Positions 28,286-38,288 are shown, numbered from the stretch's first letter. The stretch is 64,000 bases of DNA from an uncultured Chloroflexia bacterium (GCA_963809385.1 CAWEJL010000005.1:586232-650231); one strand, 5' to 3'. Notes: generated by a model from the sequence alone, not told the origin. Numbers and translations: made by a program.

Positions 28286-29433
28286 GCCCGCCGTAGCGCC
28301 CACCGCCACCTTCGCCGCCGCTTGTTCACCCGCCACGCGCGCTTGCTCGCGCCGTTGCTCGAAGCGCTTCCTCTGCCAGCGGCGCAGGCCACGCCGCAGC
28401 GAGACCGCCGTGACGTATGGCCAGTAGAGCGCGCCGCGCAGGGGCAGGTCCATTGTTGGGATGACACGCCGAACCGCGCCGCCAAAGCCGCGCTTGAACT
28501 CGTAGACGCCGTACAGCTCCTGCCCCGGCTCCAGGATGTCGGGGATCGTGCGCCAGTCATAGTACCGCGCGCCCTGCGCTTTGCACCAGCGCATGCATTC
28601 CCATTGCAGCAGGTAGTTCGGGCGCAGTTTGCGATGCGCCGTCTGGCCCGACGAGCCGCTGTGCAGGTTCCACGACCACTGCGCCCAGGACGGCGACCGT
28701 CGAGGCGGCGATAGCCTCGCCCTCACTCTCGGCGATCAGCAGCGCCATGTGCGCCGTGCCGTTTTGCCGCGCCGCCTCCTCGGAGTAGTGCGTCAGCATG
28801 TCGCGGTAGAGGTCCTTGGGGTAGACGTAGAACTGGTCGCGCTCGCCGGTTTCCTTGAGCAGGCGATAGAAGGCGTCGAGGTCGGCCTCGCCCGCGCCCA
28901 GCCGTACGGTGACGCCCTTGCGCGCGCCGGAGCGGATGTTCTGGCGCCAGGTGGTCATCATCCCCGCCAGCAGCTTGTCCTCGTCCGGGCTGAGGTCCGT
29001 CACCCACGCGCTGCGCAGGTAGATGACGTGGTCGGTGTCGCGAAAGCCCAGCCGCCGCAGCGCGCCAGTCCAGGCGGAGTCACCCTCCGGCACGTTCGGC
29101 TCGATGCGGATGAAGACGCCGCCACGCTTGCGCGCCTCACGCGCCGCCGCACGGATCAGCAGCGGCAGCGCGGGCGAGGTGGGGTCGTCGCAGACGGGGC
29201 CGCGCGGGGCGTAGAAGAATGGCGCGCGCAGCCCAGCTGGCCATGCTGCGCGTCAGCAGGACCGCCGCGACGAGCCGCCCGTCGTCATCGACTACGCCAA
29301 TGCGCAACGAGCCAGCGCGCGCGCCTTCCTCGGAGTGGTCCGCCCACTCCCACGTCTGGCAGAGATGGCCGGTGCGCGCGGTGGCGACGAATTCGTTCCA
29401 CTGGCGGCGGTCTTCGATCAGCTTGGCTTCCAT
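28280..29433 (-). pseudogene. second FemAB-family paralogue, at least three frame breaks
   Basis: MEAKLIEDRRQWNEFV...CQTWEWADH... | ...GFRDTDHVIYLRSAWVTDLSPDEDKLLAGMMTTWRQNIRSGARKGV... | ...NYLLQWECMRWCKAQGARYYDW...YEFKRGFGG. Collinear with the neighbouring intact copy. Confidence 0.7.
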
Positions 29434-29542
29434 CGTTGTCCTTCAAGGCGGTGAGCGGACGGCATGCGCGGGCGAACAGGTGCAACCGCTGGCTAGTATA
29501 CCAGAGCGCCGCGTTGACGCCGAACTGGCCCGGCGCGAAGTC

Positions 29543-29782
29543 CTATCGCGCGCCCTGGAAAGGTGGAGGCGGCCCGGCAACTTGACCGGAGCACGAATAT
29601 GTCTCGGTTCGCAGCAGATGAACGCCGCGCTTCAGGTGTATCCATTGCTCAAACGTGCGCCCCTGCGCGGTCCACCGCAGCATGGCGCCACGCAGTCCAC
29701 AATGAGGACATTCGCTCACGACGCCATCTCTCGTCCGCACGCCGGGCGGCATGCGAGAATAGTCAACGGAAAAGCGCCACAT
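29543..29782 (-). CDS. hypothetical small protein (single CPHC motif)
   Basis: 79-aa ORF in an otherwise empty gap. No family recognised and coding status uncertain. Confidence 0.25.
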   Translation of the reverse strand: MWRFSVDYSRMPPGVRTRDGVVSECPHCGLRGAMLRWTAQGRTFEQWIHLKRGVHLLRTETYSCSGQVAGPPPPFQGAR

Positions 29783-29916
29783 GATTGATCCCCCAATGAC
29801 TCAGCGACTACCGGGGATTACGATCATCGCTGTTGTCTTGTTGGGCATTTCATGGATTTGTGGGAGCCGTCGCTAGCCAGATTTCTCGGCGGCGCGCGCC
29901 ACTCTCAGCCGCAGGC

Positions 29917-30906
29917 TCACCCAGCCGCCGCGCTCTCATCCGTATTCGCCCGCGCTCGCATAACCGCCGCCACGACATCATACGCCCGCCCCGGTGTCTC
30001 ACCCTCTGGCATGGAGACCATCCACGCCCACGCTCGCGGCGGCCCCACCAGCGTGAACTGCGCCTCCAGGTCGCCCGGCCAGGCAAGCGCGCTGGCGGGC
30101 AGCGTTTCCAGCGATTCACGGCCCTCGTCCGCGTGCGGCCCGGCCTTCGGCGCCAGCAGGTAGCCGGTGCGGTCGGTGGTGAGCAGCGCCGCGCCGTCCG
30201 GCGCCAGCAGCCGCTCGATCAGGCTGAGGTGCGCCTGCGTCATCCGCCGCCGGAAATTCCGCTCGGCAGCGGCGTAGCGCGGATGCTCGTCGCGCCGCTC
30301 CGCCAAATCGGGCGCATAGACCATCAGCGTATCGAGCGCGTCGAGCAGCGGCAGGCTGTAGAGCTGCGTCAGCGTCAGCGAAGAGATGACCAGCCCGAAG
30401 CTGTGCGGCTCCAGGCCGGCGATCTCCGGCGGGTCCGCAACCGCCACCCGCTCCAGGCAGCCCGCCAGCGCGTCGAGGATCGCCATGCCGCCCAGCGCCC
30501 GCAGGTCGCGCCAGGGCTGGATGCCCATCTCCTCCCGCAGCGCCGCGCTGACGCCGCCGCTCAGGTCAGCCGCCAGCAGCCGCACGCGCGGGCGCAGCTT
30601 CTCCGGGAGCTCATCCCGCGCGCGGCCCATCCCCGGCGCGTCCAGGTCTACCAGGGTCAGAGGCTCGCACGCCCGCGCCAGCCGCTCCAGCGGCAGCTCC
30701 GTGCAGGCTCCCGCCCCCAGGACGACGCCCGCCTCTGGCGCGCCATCCCCCCGCACCGCCAGCGCATCCCTCACCGCCCGCTCCACCTCGCGAAGATGCT
30801 TCGCGCTGTACCGCTGGTACCACGCCCGCCGCTCCGCCCCCTGCGTGCGCCGGTTGTCCGCGCTCAGCCGCTCGATCCTCACAGAGTACGCTCGCCTCTC
30901 TATCAT
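29917..30906 (-). CDS. hypothetical protein, probable class I SAM-dependent methyltransferase fold
   Basis: 329 aa. VVLGAGACTELP...TLVDLD resembles SAM motifs I/II. No DNA-methyltransferase catalytic motif (no DPPY/NPPF/PCQ). Confidence 0.5.
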   Translation of the reverse strand: MIERRAYSVRIERLSADNRRTQGAERRAWYQRYSAKHLREVERAVRDALAVRGDGAPEAGVVLGAGACTELPLERLARACEPLTLVDLDAPGMGRARDELPEKLRPRVRLLAADLSGGVSAALREEMGIQPWRDLRALGGMAILDALAGCLERVAVADPPEIAGLEPHSFGLVISSLTLTQLYSLPLLDALDTLMVYAPDLAERRDEHPRYAAAERNFRRRMTQAHLSLIERLLAPDGAALLTTDRTGYLLAPKAGPHADEGRESLETLPASALAWPGDLEAQFTLVGPPRAWAWMVSMPEGETPGRAYDVVAAVMRARANTDESAAAG

Positions 30907-31325
30907 CTCATGCCGCGCGTTTGGGACACGCCATACGGTAGTGTATCACTGGCGGCGGGGATGGCTGGCAGCGACGGTTATTTTCATCCCACGCCCAAGT
31001 CCCAATATCTAGCCAGCGGCTGAACCTGAAGTGACGAGGAGGCGTTGAGCGTATAGTCAAAGCCATCGTTCTCAGTGTGACTCCAGGAAGGAGCAGGCAG
31101 ATGATAAGGTGAGCATTACGTGGATGGCTCGTATCGATGTACCGCTGGGCGTTGGATGGTGTCGTGACCGAATTGGGCGCTATGACTCACCCGCAGCGCT
31201 TGGCTGGCGCTGGCGCCAGCGGTGGAGCGGGCTGGGTAGTTCATCTACTGACCCGTGAGAGCGAGATATCCTTCAGGGCGATATCACGGCCACAATCAAT
31301 AATGAACGATGATGAATGTGAGTGA

Positions 31326-31670
31326 GTGATGGACTGGAAAACCTATCAACGGCTAGCGATGCGGACACGTAGCGATACCGGCGGCATGGACGAGCGTGAG
31401 CGATTGACCCTTGGCGCGCTGGGACTCTCAGGCGAGGCGGGCGAGGTCACTGACCATATAAAGAAAATCGTCTTTCAGGGCCATGATATTGACCGAGAGG
31501 CGCTTGGCAAGGAGATTGGCGACGTGATGTGGTACGTCGCCTACCTCTTAGATACGCTGGACATGTCAATGGGTGACGTCCTGACTGCGAACATTAGCAA
31601 GCTGCAGGCACGCTATCCCGAGGGCTTTAGTGAAGAGCGGAGCCGCACTCGGAGCGAAACAGGCGAGTGA
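31326..31670 (+). CDS. MazG-like nucleotide pyrophosphohydrolase (small, single domain)
   Basis: LGLSGEAGEVTDHIKK...LGKEIGDVMWYVAYL matches the EEXXE/D helix pair of the MazG family. Locally lower GC upstream. Confidence 0.7.
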   Translation: MMDWKTYQRLAMRTRSDTGGMDERERLTLGALGLSGEAGEVTDHIKKIVFQGHDIDREALGKEIGDVMWYVAYLLDTLDMSMGDVLTANISKLQARYPEGFSEERSRTRSETGE

Positions 31671-31794
31671 GCGGCATCCGATGGAAGAGCGCGGCGGTGA
31701 TCAATTTCCAGGCGCCCTTCGCGCATGTTTGCTCATTGCTCATTGCTCGCCGCACGATGTTCCCACATCCAGCCAAAGTGGGCCGGTGATGAGG

Positions 31795-33069
31795 TCAGCC
31801 GCCCATACCCTTCCGCAGGGCGGCGACGAACTCCTCGTTGGTTTGGGTGCGCGCCATCATCTGGATCAGGCGGTCAGTCGTCTCGATGCTCTCGTTGCTA
31901 TCCAGCGAGGCGAACATACGCCGCACCACCAGTACCGACTGTAACGCCTTGGGATCAAGCAACAGCTCTTCGTGACGCGTGCTGGAGCGCATGATGTCGA
32001 GCGCGGGAAAAATACGCCGCTCAGAGAGCTTGCGGTCGAGTGTGATCTCCATATTGCCAGTGCCCTTGAACTCCTCGTAGATCACCTCGTCCATGCGGCT
32101 GTTGGTATCTATCAGCACCGTCGCGATGATGGTCAGCGAGCCGCCCTCCTCCAGGTTGCGCGCGGCGCCAATAAAGCGCTTGGGCGGGTTGACAGCTGCT
32201 GGGTCTAGGCCGCCGGAGAGCGTGCGCCCGCTCGGCGAAATGGCCAAGTTGTAGGCGCGTGTCAGGCGGGTGATGCTGTCGAGCAGCAGCACGACATCCT
32301 TCCCCGCTTCCACCAGCCGCTTAGCGCGCTCCAGCGCCAGCTCGGCCACATGTGTATGCGCGTCTGCCGGCTCGTCAAAGGTCGAGCTGAAAATCTCGGC
32401 GCGCACCCCCCGCCGCATCTCGGTCACTTCTTCGGGCCGCTCGCCGATCAGCGCCATCATCAGGTGAATCTCGGGATACTTCAGCGCGATCGCATTGGCG
32501 ATAGACTTCAACATCAGTGTCTTGCCAGCCTTCGGCGGGGCGACAATGAGTCCCCGCTGTCCGCGTCCGATCGGCGAGATGAGGTTGATCAGCCGCCCTA
32601 TGATGTTGGCGCTGTCGGTCTCCAGATCGAACATGCGATTGGGGAAGATCGGCGTTAGGCTGTCGAAGTTTGGACGGCGCTTCGCGGCCTCAGGGTCCAT
32701 GCCGTTCACGGCGTCCACCCGCAGCAGACCGTAATACCGCTCGTTGTCTTTCGGCGGCCGCGCCTGGCCGGAGACCATATCCCCGGTGCGTAGGCCGAAG
32801 CGCCGTATCTGCGTCGCTGAAACGTAGACATCCATCGGGCTGGGTCGCCCACCCCGGCGGCGCAGATACCCCAGCCCCTCAGGGGTCACCTCCAGCACAC
32901 CGGCGCTGAACGCCGGGCCTTGCCGGTCAGCGGCGGCCTGGAGGAGCTGGAAGATCAAATCTTCCTTCGACAGCGAACTGTAGCCCGACATATCCCAATC
33001 GCGGGCGATGTCGCGAAGCTCGTGCGGGGTTCTGGTTTCAAGCTCGGTAATGTTCATGTTCATGTTCAT
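31795..33069 (-). CDS. rho: transcription termination factor Rho
   Basis: 424 aa. N-terminal RNA-binding domain, Walker A GRGQRGLIVAPPKAGKT, and conserved C-terminal ATPase. Confidence 0.95.
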   Translation of the reverse strand: MNMNMNITELETRTPHELRDIARDWDMSGYSSLSKEDLIFQLLQAAADRQGPAFSAGVLEVTPEGLGYLRRRGGRPSPMDVYVSATQIRRFGLRTGDMVSGQARPPKDNERYYGLLRVDAVNGMDPEAAKRRPNFDSLTPIFPNRMFDLETDSANIIGRLINLISPIGRGQRGLIVAPPKAGKTLMLKSIANAIALKYPEIHLMMALIGERPEEVTEMRRGVRAEIFSSTFDEPADAHTHVAELALERAKRLVEAGKDVVLLLDSITRLTRAYNLAISPSGRTLSGGLDPAAVNPPKRFIGAARNLEEGGSLTIIATVLIDTNSRMDEVIYEEFKGTGNMEITLDRKLSERRIFPALDIMRSSTRHEELLLDPKALQSVLVVRRMFASLDSNESIETTDRLIQMMARTQTNEEFVAALRKGMGG

Positions 33070-33612
33070 CTATCAGTGGTGGTCTACGGCGAGCGGCGCC
33101 AACTTGCGGTGGATATCGCGACGCGCGAAGAGGGGCGCGCCTGAAGGGTGTTCGCCGCCGTATCTCCTTTCGATGAGGATGGTGAGGAATAGGGACAGGA
33201 GGCGCGCCGCCAAAAATGGAGAAGCGCACGTCTTTGACGCTAAATTGGTGAATTATGTGAGCCAGCGCCAGCAACACGCTGGTAGGCGGGGGAGTATCGC
33301 GTCAGGCGGGAGGTGTGTCTGTGATGGAGTGGATTCGCAGCGGAGCGGCGATCAATTGAGGTGCAAGTGATTTCGTATGCGTCACAAGCCTACCTCACGC
33401 CTACCCAAGTATCCCACGGTACGTCGGGGCTGTCAAGCCAGGCGCGCGCGGCTTCTGGCGGGCGCTGACGCGCTGCCGGCCGGACATTACGGGAGCACGC
33501 GCATGGCGGTCTGACAAGCGGAGGCCCTCAGCCGCAAACGCGCCGTGCGCCAGCCATCGATGAATGCGACCTACGCGCTAGAGGTCACTAGCCCCGGCTG
33601 GCCACTGTGCGG

Positions 33613-35644
33613 CTATCGGGCCTGCGCCTGGCGTATCACTAGCCCCAGAAGTCGCGGCGCCGCTGACCGGAAGGCTGGGAGCGCTGGCGTCCGCGCTGGC
33701 GAATGGCCCCGCGGCTGGAGCCACCTCGGGCGCAGGCGTAGCGTGGGACGCCGCCTGCCCATTCGACGCCGCCTGCCCATTCGACGCCGCGAGACCACTG
33801 GCAGCGGCCCAGACGCTCGCGCGCCAGAGCGGGGCGGTTTCCGATGGCTCATTGTCAACGAGTGAGGGAAACGGGCTGGGATCGGCGAGTTCCAGGCGGG
33901 GGGTGAGTATTCCCCTGGGAGGTGTGGGCATGCGGACAGCGCTGTTGTTTGGGTTATCCGTGGGATCGGAGGCGTTGTCCGGTAGGGCTGGCGTGTGGAG
34001 CGCGCGGCGCGGGCGCCATCAAGCGTCTGAAGCGCGACGGCATGAGTGACTTCGTTGATCAGCTTTTGCAGTTCTGGACGCGCCGCGACATTGGGATCTG
34101 GCAAGCGGTCCCAGACACGGAGCGCGTCTTCGTACTCGCCCTCGCGATAGCAGTAGTAGCCCAGAAGCGCGCGCGCGTCGAAGACGCTGAGCCGCTGCCA
34201 GAGCATCATCGGCTCCATCGGCGACTGGAGCGCCGCGCTGGTGATCGAAACCCCATCAATCCGGCGATAGAGGGGCAGACCAAACAAGCGGAACGGCGCG
34301 CCGTGACACAGGATGAGCCGCCGGGGCGCATTCGAGTCGGCGCGATTGGGCCGCTCCAGGCCGATGAAAAAGGTCTTCGTCCAGGGGCCAGCCTGCCAGA
34401 CGGCGATCAGCACCACCAGCCCGGCCAGACGTGCGAGATAGCGCTCCCAGGTAAACGGGCCGACCGCGCTGGCTATGCCGAGGATGGCCAGCCCGGCGCC
34501 CAGTAGCCACGCGCCGTAGACCAGGCGGCGCCGGTCCACATTGAGCAGATCATAGTGGTGGTGCATCGGCGTCGCCAGGAATGGCAGTGGCAGCTCGGTG
34601 TGCGGGAACCCCTTGCTGGCGCCAAAGCGCTCGACGAAGAGGAAGCGACGATAGAACTTAACCAGAATGCGCGCCGAAATCAGCGCCGAGAGACCCTCCA
34701 GCACGAATGCGCCGCCGATGATCAGCAGTAGCAACTCCTGCCGGGCGACGATGGCGACCAGCGCGAGCAGCCCGCCCAGCGCCAGCGAGCCAGTATCGCC
34801 CATGATAAGCTTTGCCCGCCGCTTGCCTTTCGGGTTCGCGCCACCTTTCCACGACGAGGGCCAGTTGAAGGGCAAGTAGCCCGCCGCCGCTCCGGCCAGC
34901 GCCAGCGCCAGCGCGATCAGCGGCCAGCGCTGCTGCGCTGCCCTCGTCAATCAGGATCACCGCATACGCCAGCGCCGCGCTAAACATGAGCCCACCTGCG
35001 AGGCCGTCCATCCCATCCGTGAAATCCACCGCCAGCGCAGTCACGCTGGCAATAATGATCGTCATCGCCAGGAAGAAAAAGACCCACGCGAAGTGTTGCT
35101 TCACCAGCAGCGCGCCAATGATCGGCGCCTGATTGTAGGGCGGATACGCCAGGCGGGCGGTAATATCTTTGGCTATGATGAGCCGGTTGAGGAGTACCGC
35201 TGACAGCGCGGAGACCAGCACCACGCCGATCGCCTTCTGGATCTCGGAGATGCCGACGCCGCGATAGACTTTGCGAATGTCATCAGTCAGACCGACCACG
35301 CCATACCCAATGGTCGCCAGCATCAAGATCTCGATCAGCGTCCACTGGCTGCCAGAGAAGTTGACAAGAAAACCAGCGGTGACACAACCCGCCAGAATCG
35401 CGAGGATCATCGCCACGCCGCCAATCAGCGGCAGCTCACTGGAGCGGGCGCGCACGACGCGGGGACGCCTGCCGCCCGTGCGAATCTCGACATGATGCGT
35501 GCCGCTGCCAGTTGACTGATCGGGTTTGAAGTCACCCGGCTTGCGCTCGCCACTACGGAACCAGGAGAAGACGCGGAGCGCGATGAGCGAGGCGATAGCG
35601 CTGACTGCCGCCGCGACGGCGAACGCGCTGAGCAACACGACCAT
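33613..35644 (-). pseudogene. mraY: phospho-N-acetylmuramoyl-pentapeptide transferase MraY with long C-terminal extension; frame break near 34950; 3' end uncertain
   Basis: GLTDDIRKVYRG, VDFTDGMDGLAGG | LIMGDTGSLALGG, and PMHHHYDL (MraY-specific His triad). ATG 35644 with GGAGAG upstream. The frame stays open about 310 codons past HHH. Confidence 0.75.
33747..33790. repeat. 18-bp tandem repeat, about 2.4 copies
   Basis: gacgccgcctgcccattc at 33747-33764 and 33765-33782, then a partial gacgccgc. Encodes AASNGQ repeats on the minus strand (ORF 33578..33931). Confidence 0.8.
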
Positions 35645-35770
35645 GGATTCTCTCCGCTCTTTACAACGCTGCCGCGCGCGCTCCCCAGCCGCGCTCGCGC
35701 ATATCTCCACTGTACAACGCCGCCCCGATTTGCGAGGTAACGGCGTCTAGGACGCGCCTCTGGACTCTTC

Positions 35771-37345
35771 TCAGGAGTCCGCCGCCCTCGCCCCCGCTTC
35801 CGCCTCCGCGCCGCTATACCCCAGCGCGCGCAGTTCATCGCGCGCCACGCGACGGTCATCCCAGGGCAGTTTGGCCTCGCCGATGATGATGCTCTGCTCA
35901 TGCCCTTTGCCCGCCAGCAGCACCGTATCACCCGCTCGCGCCGTCGCAAACGCGGCGCCGATACCCAGCCGCCGGTCTACCACGCAGCGATACTTCTCGC
36001 CCTCACGCGCGCCCACGGCCTCCGCGCCAGCCGCGATCTCACGCAGGATGCTCATCGCGTCCTCCGTGCGCGGGTCCTCGTCGGTGATGACGGCGAAATC
36101 GGCCAGACGCGCGGCGACGGCCCCCATCGCCGGCCGCTTTACGCGGTCGCGGTCGCCCGCCGAGCCGAAGACTGCGATCAGCCGTCCGGTGGTCAGTGGG
36201 CGCAGCACGCTCAGCACTTTCTCCAGGCTGTCCGCTGTGTGCGCGTAGTCCACCACGACCGTGAACGGCTGCCCCATCTCGATGCGCTCCATCCGGCCCG
36301 GCACACCGGGGAACGTCGCCAGCGCCGCCGCCATGCGTTCCGGTGTGACGCCGAAGATGTAGCCAGTCGCGATGGCGGCCAGGCAGTTCGAGACGTTGTA
36401 TGAGGCGACCAGCGGCGTCTCGACCGTGAACCGCGTCCCGTTGGGCAGCCGCACATCGAAGCGCGTCCCGTCCGCGCGTAGCTCGACCCGCTCCGCCCGC
36501 ACGTCCGCGCTCTCGCTCAGGCCGTAGCTCACCACCGGAGCGCGGCAGAAGTCGCGCAGGTAGGCGTACGAGCTATCATCAGCGTTCAGCACGCAGGCCT
36601 TGGAAACATCCGGCAGGCCGGGCTTGGTCGCATTCGGGTCTATCGCCTCGCAGAGCATCGCCTTGGCGCGCCAGTAGGCCTCTTTCGTGCCATGCAGCTC
36701 CAGATGCTCGGAGGTGATGTTGGTAACGACGGCGACATCGTAGGCGATGGCCCAGACGCGATGCAGCGCCAGCCCGCTGGATGTCGTCTCCAGCACGGCG
36801 CACTGTGTCCCCGCATCCGCCATGCGCGCCAGATGCGCCTGCACCTCCGGCGCTTCGAGCGTCGTAAAGCGCGTATTGTTCTGGGAGCGCTCGCCCGCGA
36901 TCTTGAAATCCACCGTGCTCATCAGCCCGGTGCGAATCCCGCCTGTTTCGAGGACCGCGTCAACCAGGTTGGTAACAGTCGTTTTGCCGTCCGTCCCCGT
37001 AACCCCGACCACCGCCATGCGCTCCGATGGACGCCCAGCGAAGGCGGCGGCCAGCGTCGCCAGCTCACGGCGGGAGTCCGCCACCCGCGCGTAGACGCGG
37101 TCGAGCGGGAAGTCAGCGGGCGCGGGGTCAGTCCCGACGACCAGCAGCGCCCCGTCTCGCAGCGCATCGCCGATATAGGCGTGGCCGTCGCGCCACTTGC
37201 CGCGAATGGCGACGAAGCAGGCCCCCGGCTGGACCTCAGCGGAGTTATAGGTGATCGCGGTAATCTCGCCGCTTGCCGCACCAGTCACCTCTGGCGAAGG
37301 GAGCGCTGCGAGCGCCTCGGCTACATTCACGGCTTCAACCTTCAC
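35771..37345 (-). CDS. murE: UDP-N-acetylmuramoyl-L-alanyl-D-glutamate--diamino-acid ligase MurE
   Basis: 524 aa. GVTGTDGKTT P-loop and the Mur ligase middle and C-terminal domains. GTG start at 37345. Confidence 0.9.
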   Translation of the reverse strand: MKVEAVNVAEALAALPSPEVTGAASGEITAITYNSAEVQPGACFVAIRGKWRDGHAYIGDALRDGALLVVGTDPAPADFPLDRVYARVADSRRELATLAAAFAGRPSERMAVVGVTGTDGKTTVTNLVDAVLETGGIRTGLMSTVDFKIAGERSQNNTRFTTLEAPEVQAHLARMADAGTQCAVLETTSSGLALHRVWAIAYDVAVVTNITSEHLELHGTKEAYWRAKAMLCEAIDPNATKPGLPDVSKACVLNADDSSYAYLRDFCRAPVVSYGLSESADVRAERVELRADGTRFDVRLPNGTRFTVETPLVASYNVSNCLAAIATGYIFGVTPERMAAALATFPGVPGRMERIEMGQPFTVVVDYAHTADSLEKVLSVLRPLTTGRLIAVFGSAGDRDRVKRPAMGAVAARLADFAVITDEDPRTEDAMSILREIAAGAEAVGAREGEKYRCVVDRRLGIGAAFATARAGDTVLLAGKGHEQSIIIGEAKLPWDDRRVARDELRALGYSGAEAEAGARAADS

Positions 37346-38288
37346 TTAGATGATTGGATGCGAGCGGCGCGTCAGGTAGGATGAATTCACCCGTCGCGAC
37401 AATGACCGCCACGCCGCCAACACGCACGCTTGTCACAACGCCTGCGCTGGAGTGTGTCTCGACGGTGATCTCACTGGGCCGTCCCATCTCGACGCCCTGC
37501 AAGATATTCACCCTGCCAAGGCCGTCCCGCCCCCCAGCCAGCAAGCCATGCCGTATCGCGTACACGCCCAACGGCCCAGCGGCGGAGCCGGTCGCGGCGT
37601 CCTCGACGATACCCATCCCCGGCGCGAACATGCGCGCGCGGGTGGGCGCCGAGCTATCCGGCGATTCTGGCGCGACGAAGAAGTAAACGCCCGTATGCGG
37701 GTCCTCAGCACGCAGCGCGCCAGCCAGGCCCGCGCCCGGCTGGGCGCGCTCCAGCGCCGCGCGGTCGCGCAGCGGCAAGTAGATGAACGGTACACCCGCC
37801 GAACCGCGCTCGATGGGCAGATCATCCCGCAGCACGCCCTCCTCCAGCCCCAACGCGGCTAGGAGCGCCACGCGGTCGCCATCCCAGGGTATGAACGTGG
37901 GGACAGGCTGCGTCATCCAGACGAAGCGCGCCTCTCCATTCTCGAAGGTCGGCTCGACCACCAGTGGCCCGATGCCTAGTTCCAGCGTCGCGGGCGCGTT
38001 CTCCAGCGTCAAGCGGCCCGCTTGCGCCAGGGCGAAGGTGGTCCCGATGACTGGATGCCCGGCGAAGGGTAGTTCGCCGCCGGGCGTGAAGATACGGACG
38101 CGGCACAGCGCGCGCGCCGGGTCGCCTGGAGGCAGGACGAACGTGGACTCGGAAAAGTTCATCTCGCGTGTGATCGCTTGCATCTCGCTGGCGTCCAGCA
38201 TCTCGGCGTCGAAGAAGACCGCGAGTTGATTGCCCCCGAACGGCTGCGAGGTGAACACATCGAGTTGGGTATAAGGAATCCGCCGCAT
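37335..38288 (-). CDS. PhzF family isomerase
   Basis: MRRIPYTQLDVFTSQPFGGNQLAVFF...NFSESTFV. Start at ATG 38288. The stop overlaps the murE start by 11 nt. Confidence 0.85.
   Translation of the reverse strand: MRRIPYTQLDVFTSQPFGGNQLAVFFDAEMLDASEMQAITREMNFSESTFVLPPGDPARALCRVRIFTPGGELPFAGHPVIGTTFALAQAGRLTLENAPATLELGIGPLVVEPTFENGEARFVWMTQPVPTFIPWDGDRVALLAALGLEEGVLRDDLPIERGSAGVPFIYLPLRDRAALERAQPGAGLAGALRAEDPHTGVYFFVAPESPDSSAPTRARMFAPGMGIVEDAATGSAAGPLGVYAIRHGLLAGGRDGLGRVNILQGVEMGRPSEITVETHSSAGVVTSVRVGGVAVIVATGEFILPDAPLASNHLSEG

Noticed and set aside
29833-31023. 396-aa plus-strand ORF opposite the methyltransferase-like gene
   Set aside because: Extremely Arg/Pro/Gln-rich. The minus-strand ORF has balanced composition and SAM-like motifs.
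31728-31748. Short tandem repeats as CRISPR-like or other arrays (ttgctca x3 here, ATGAAC x3 at 33052, 18-bp x2.4 at 33747)
   Set aside because: They have too few and too short units, no spacers, and no cas genes in the window. They are ordinary microsatellite-scale duplications.
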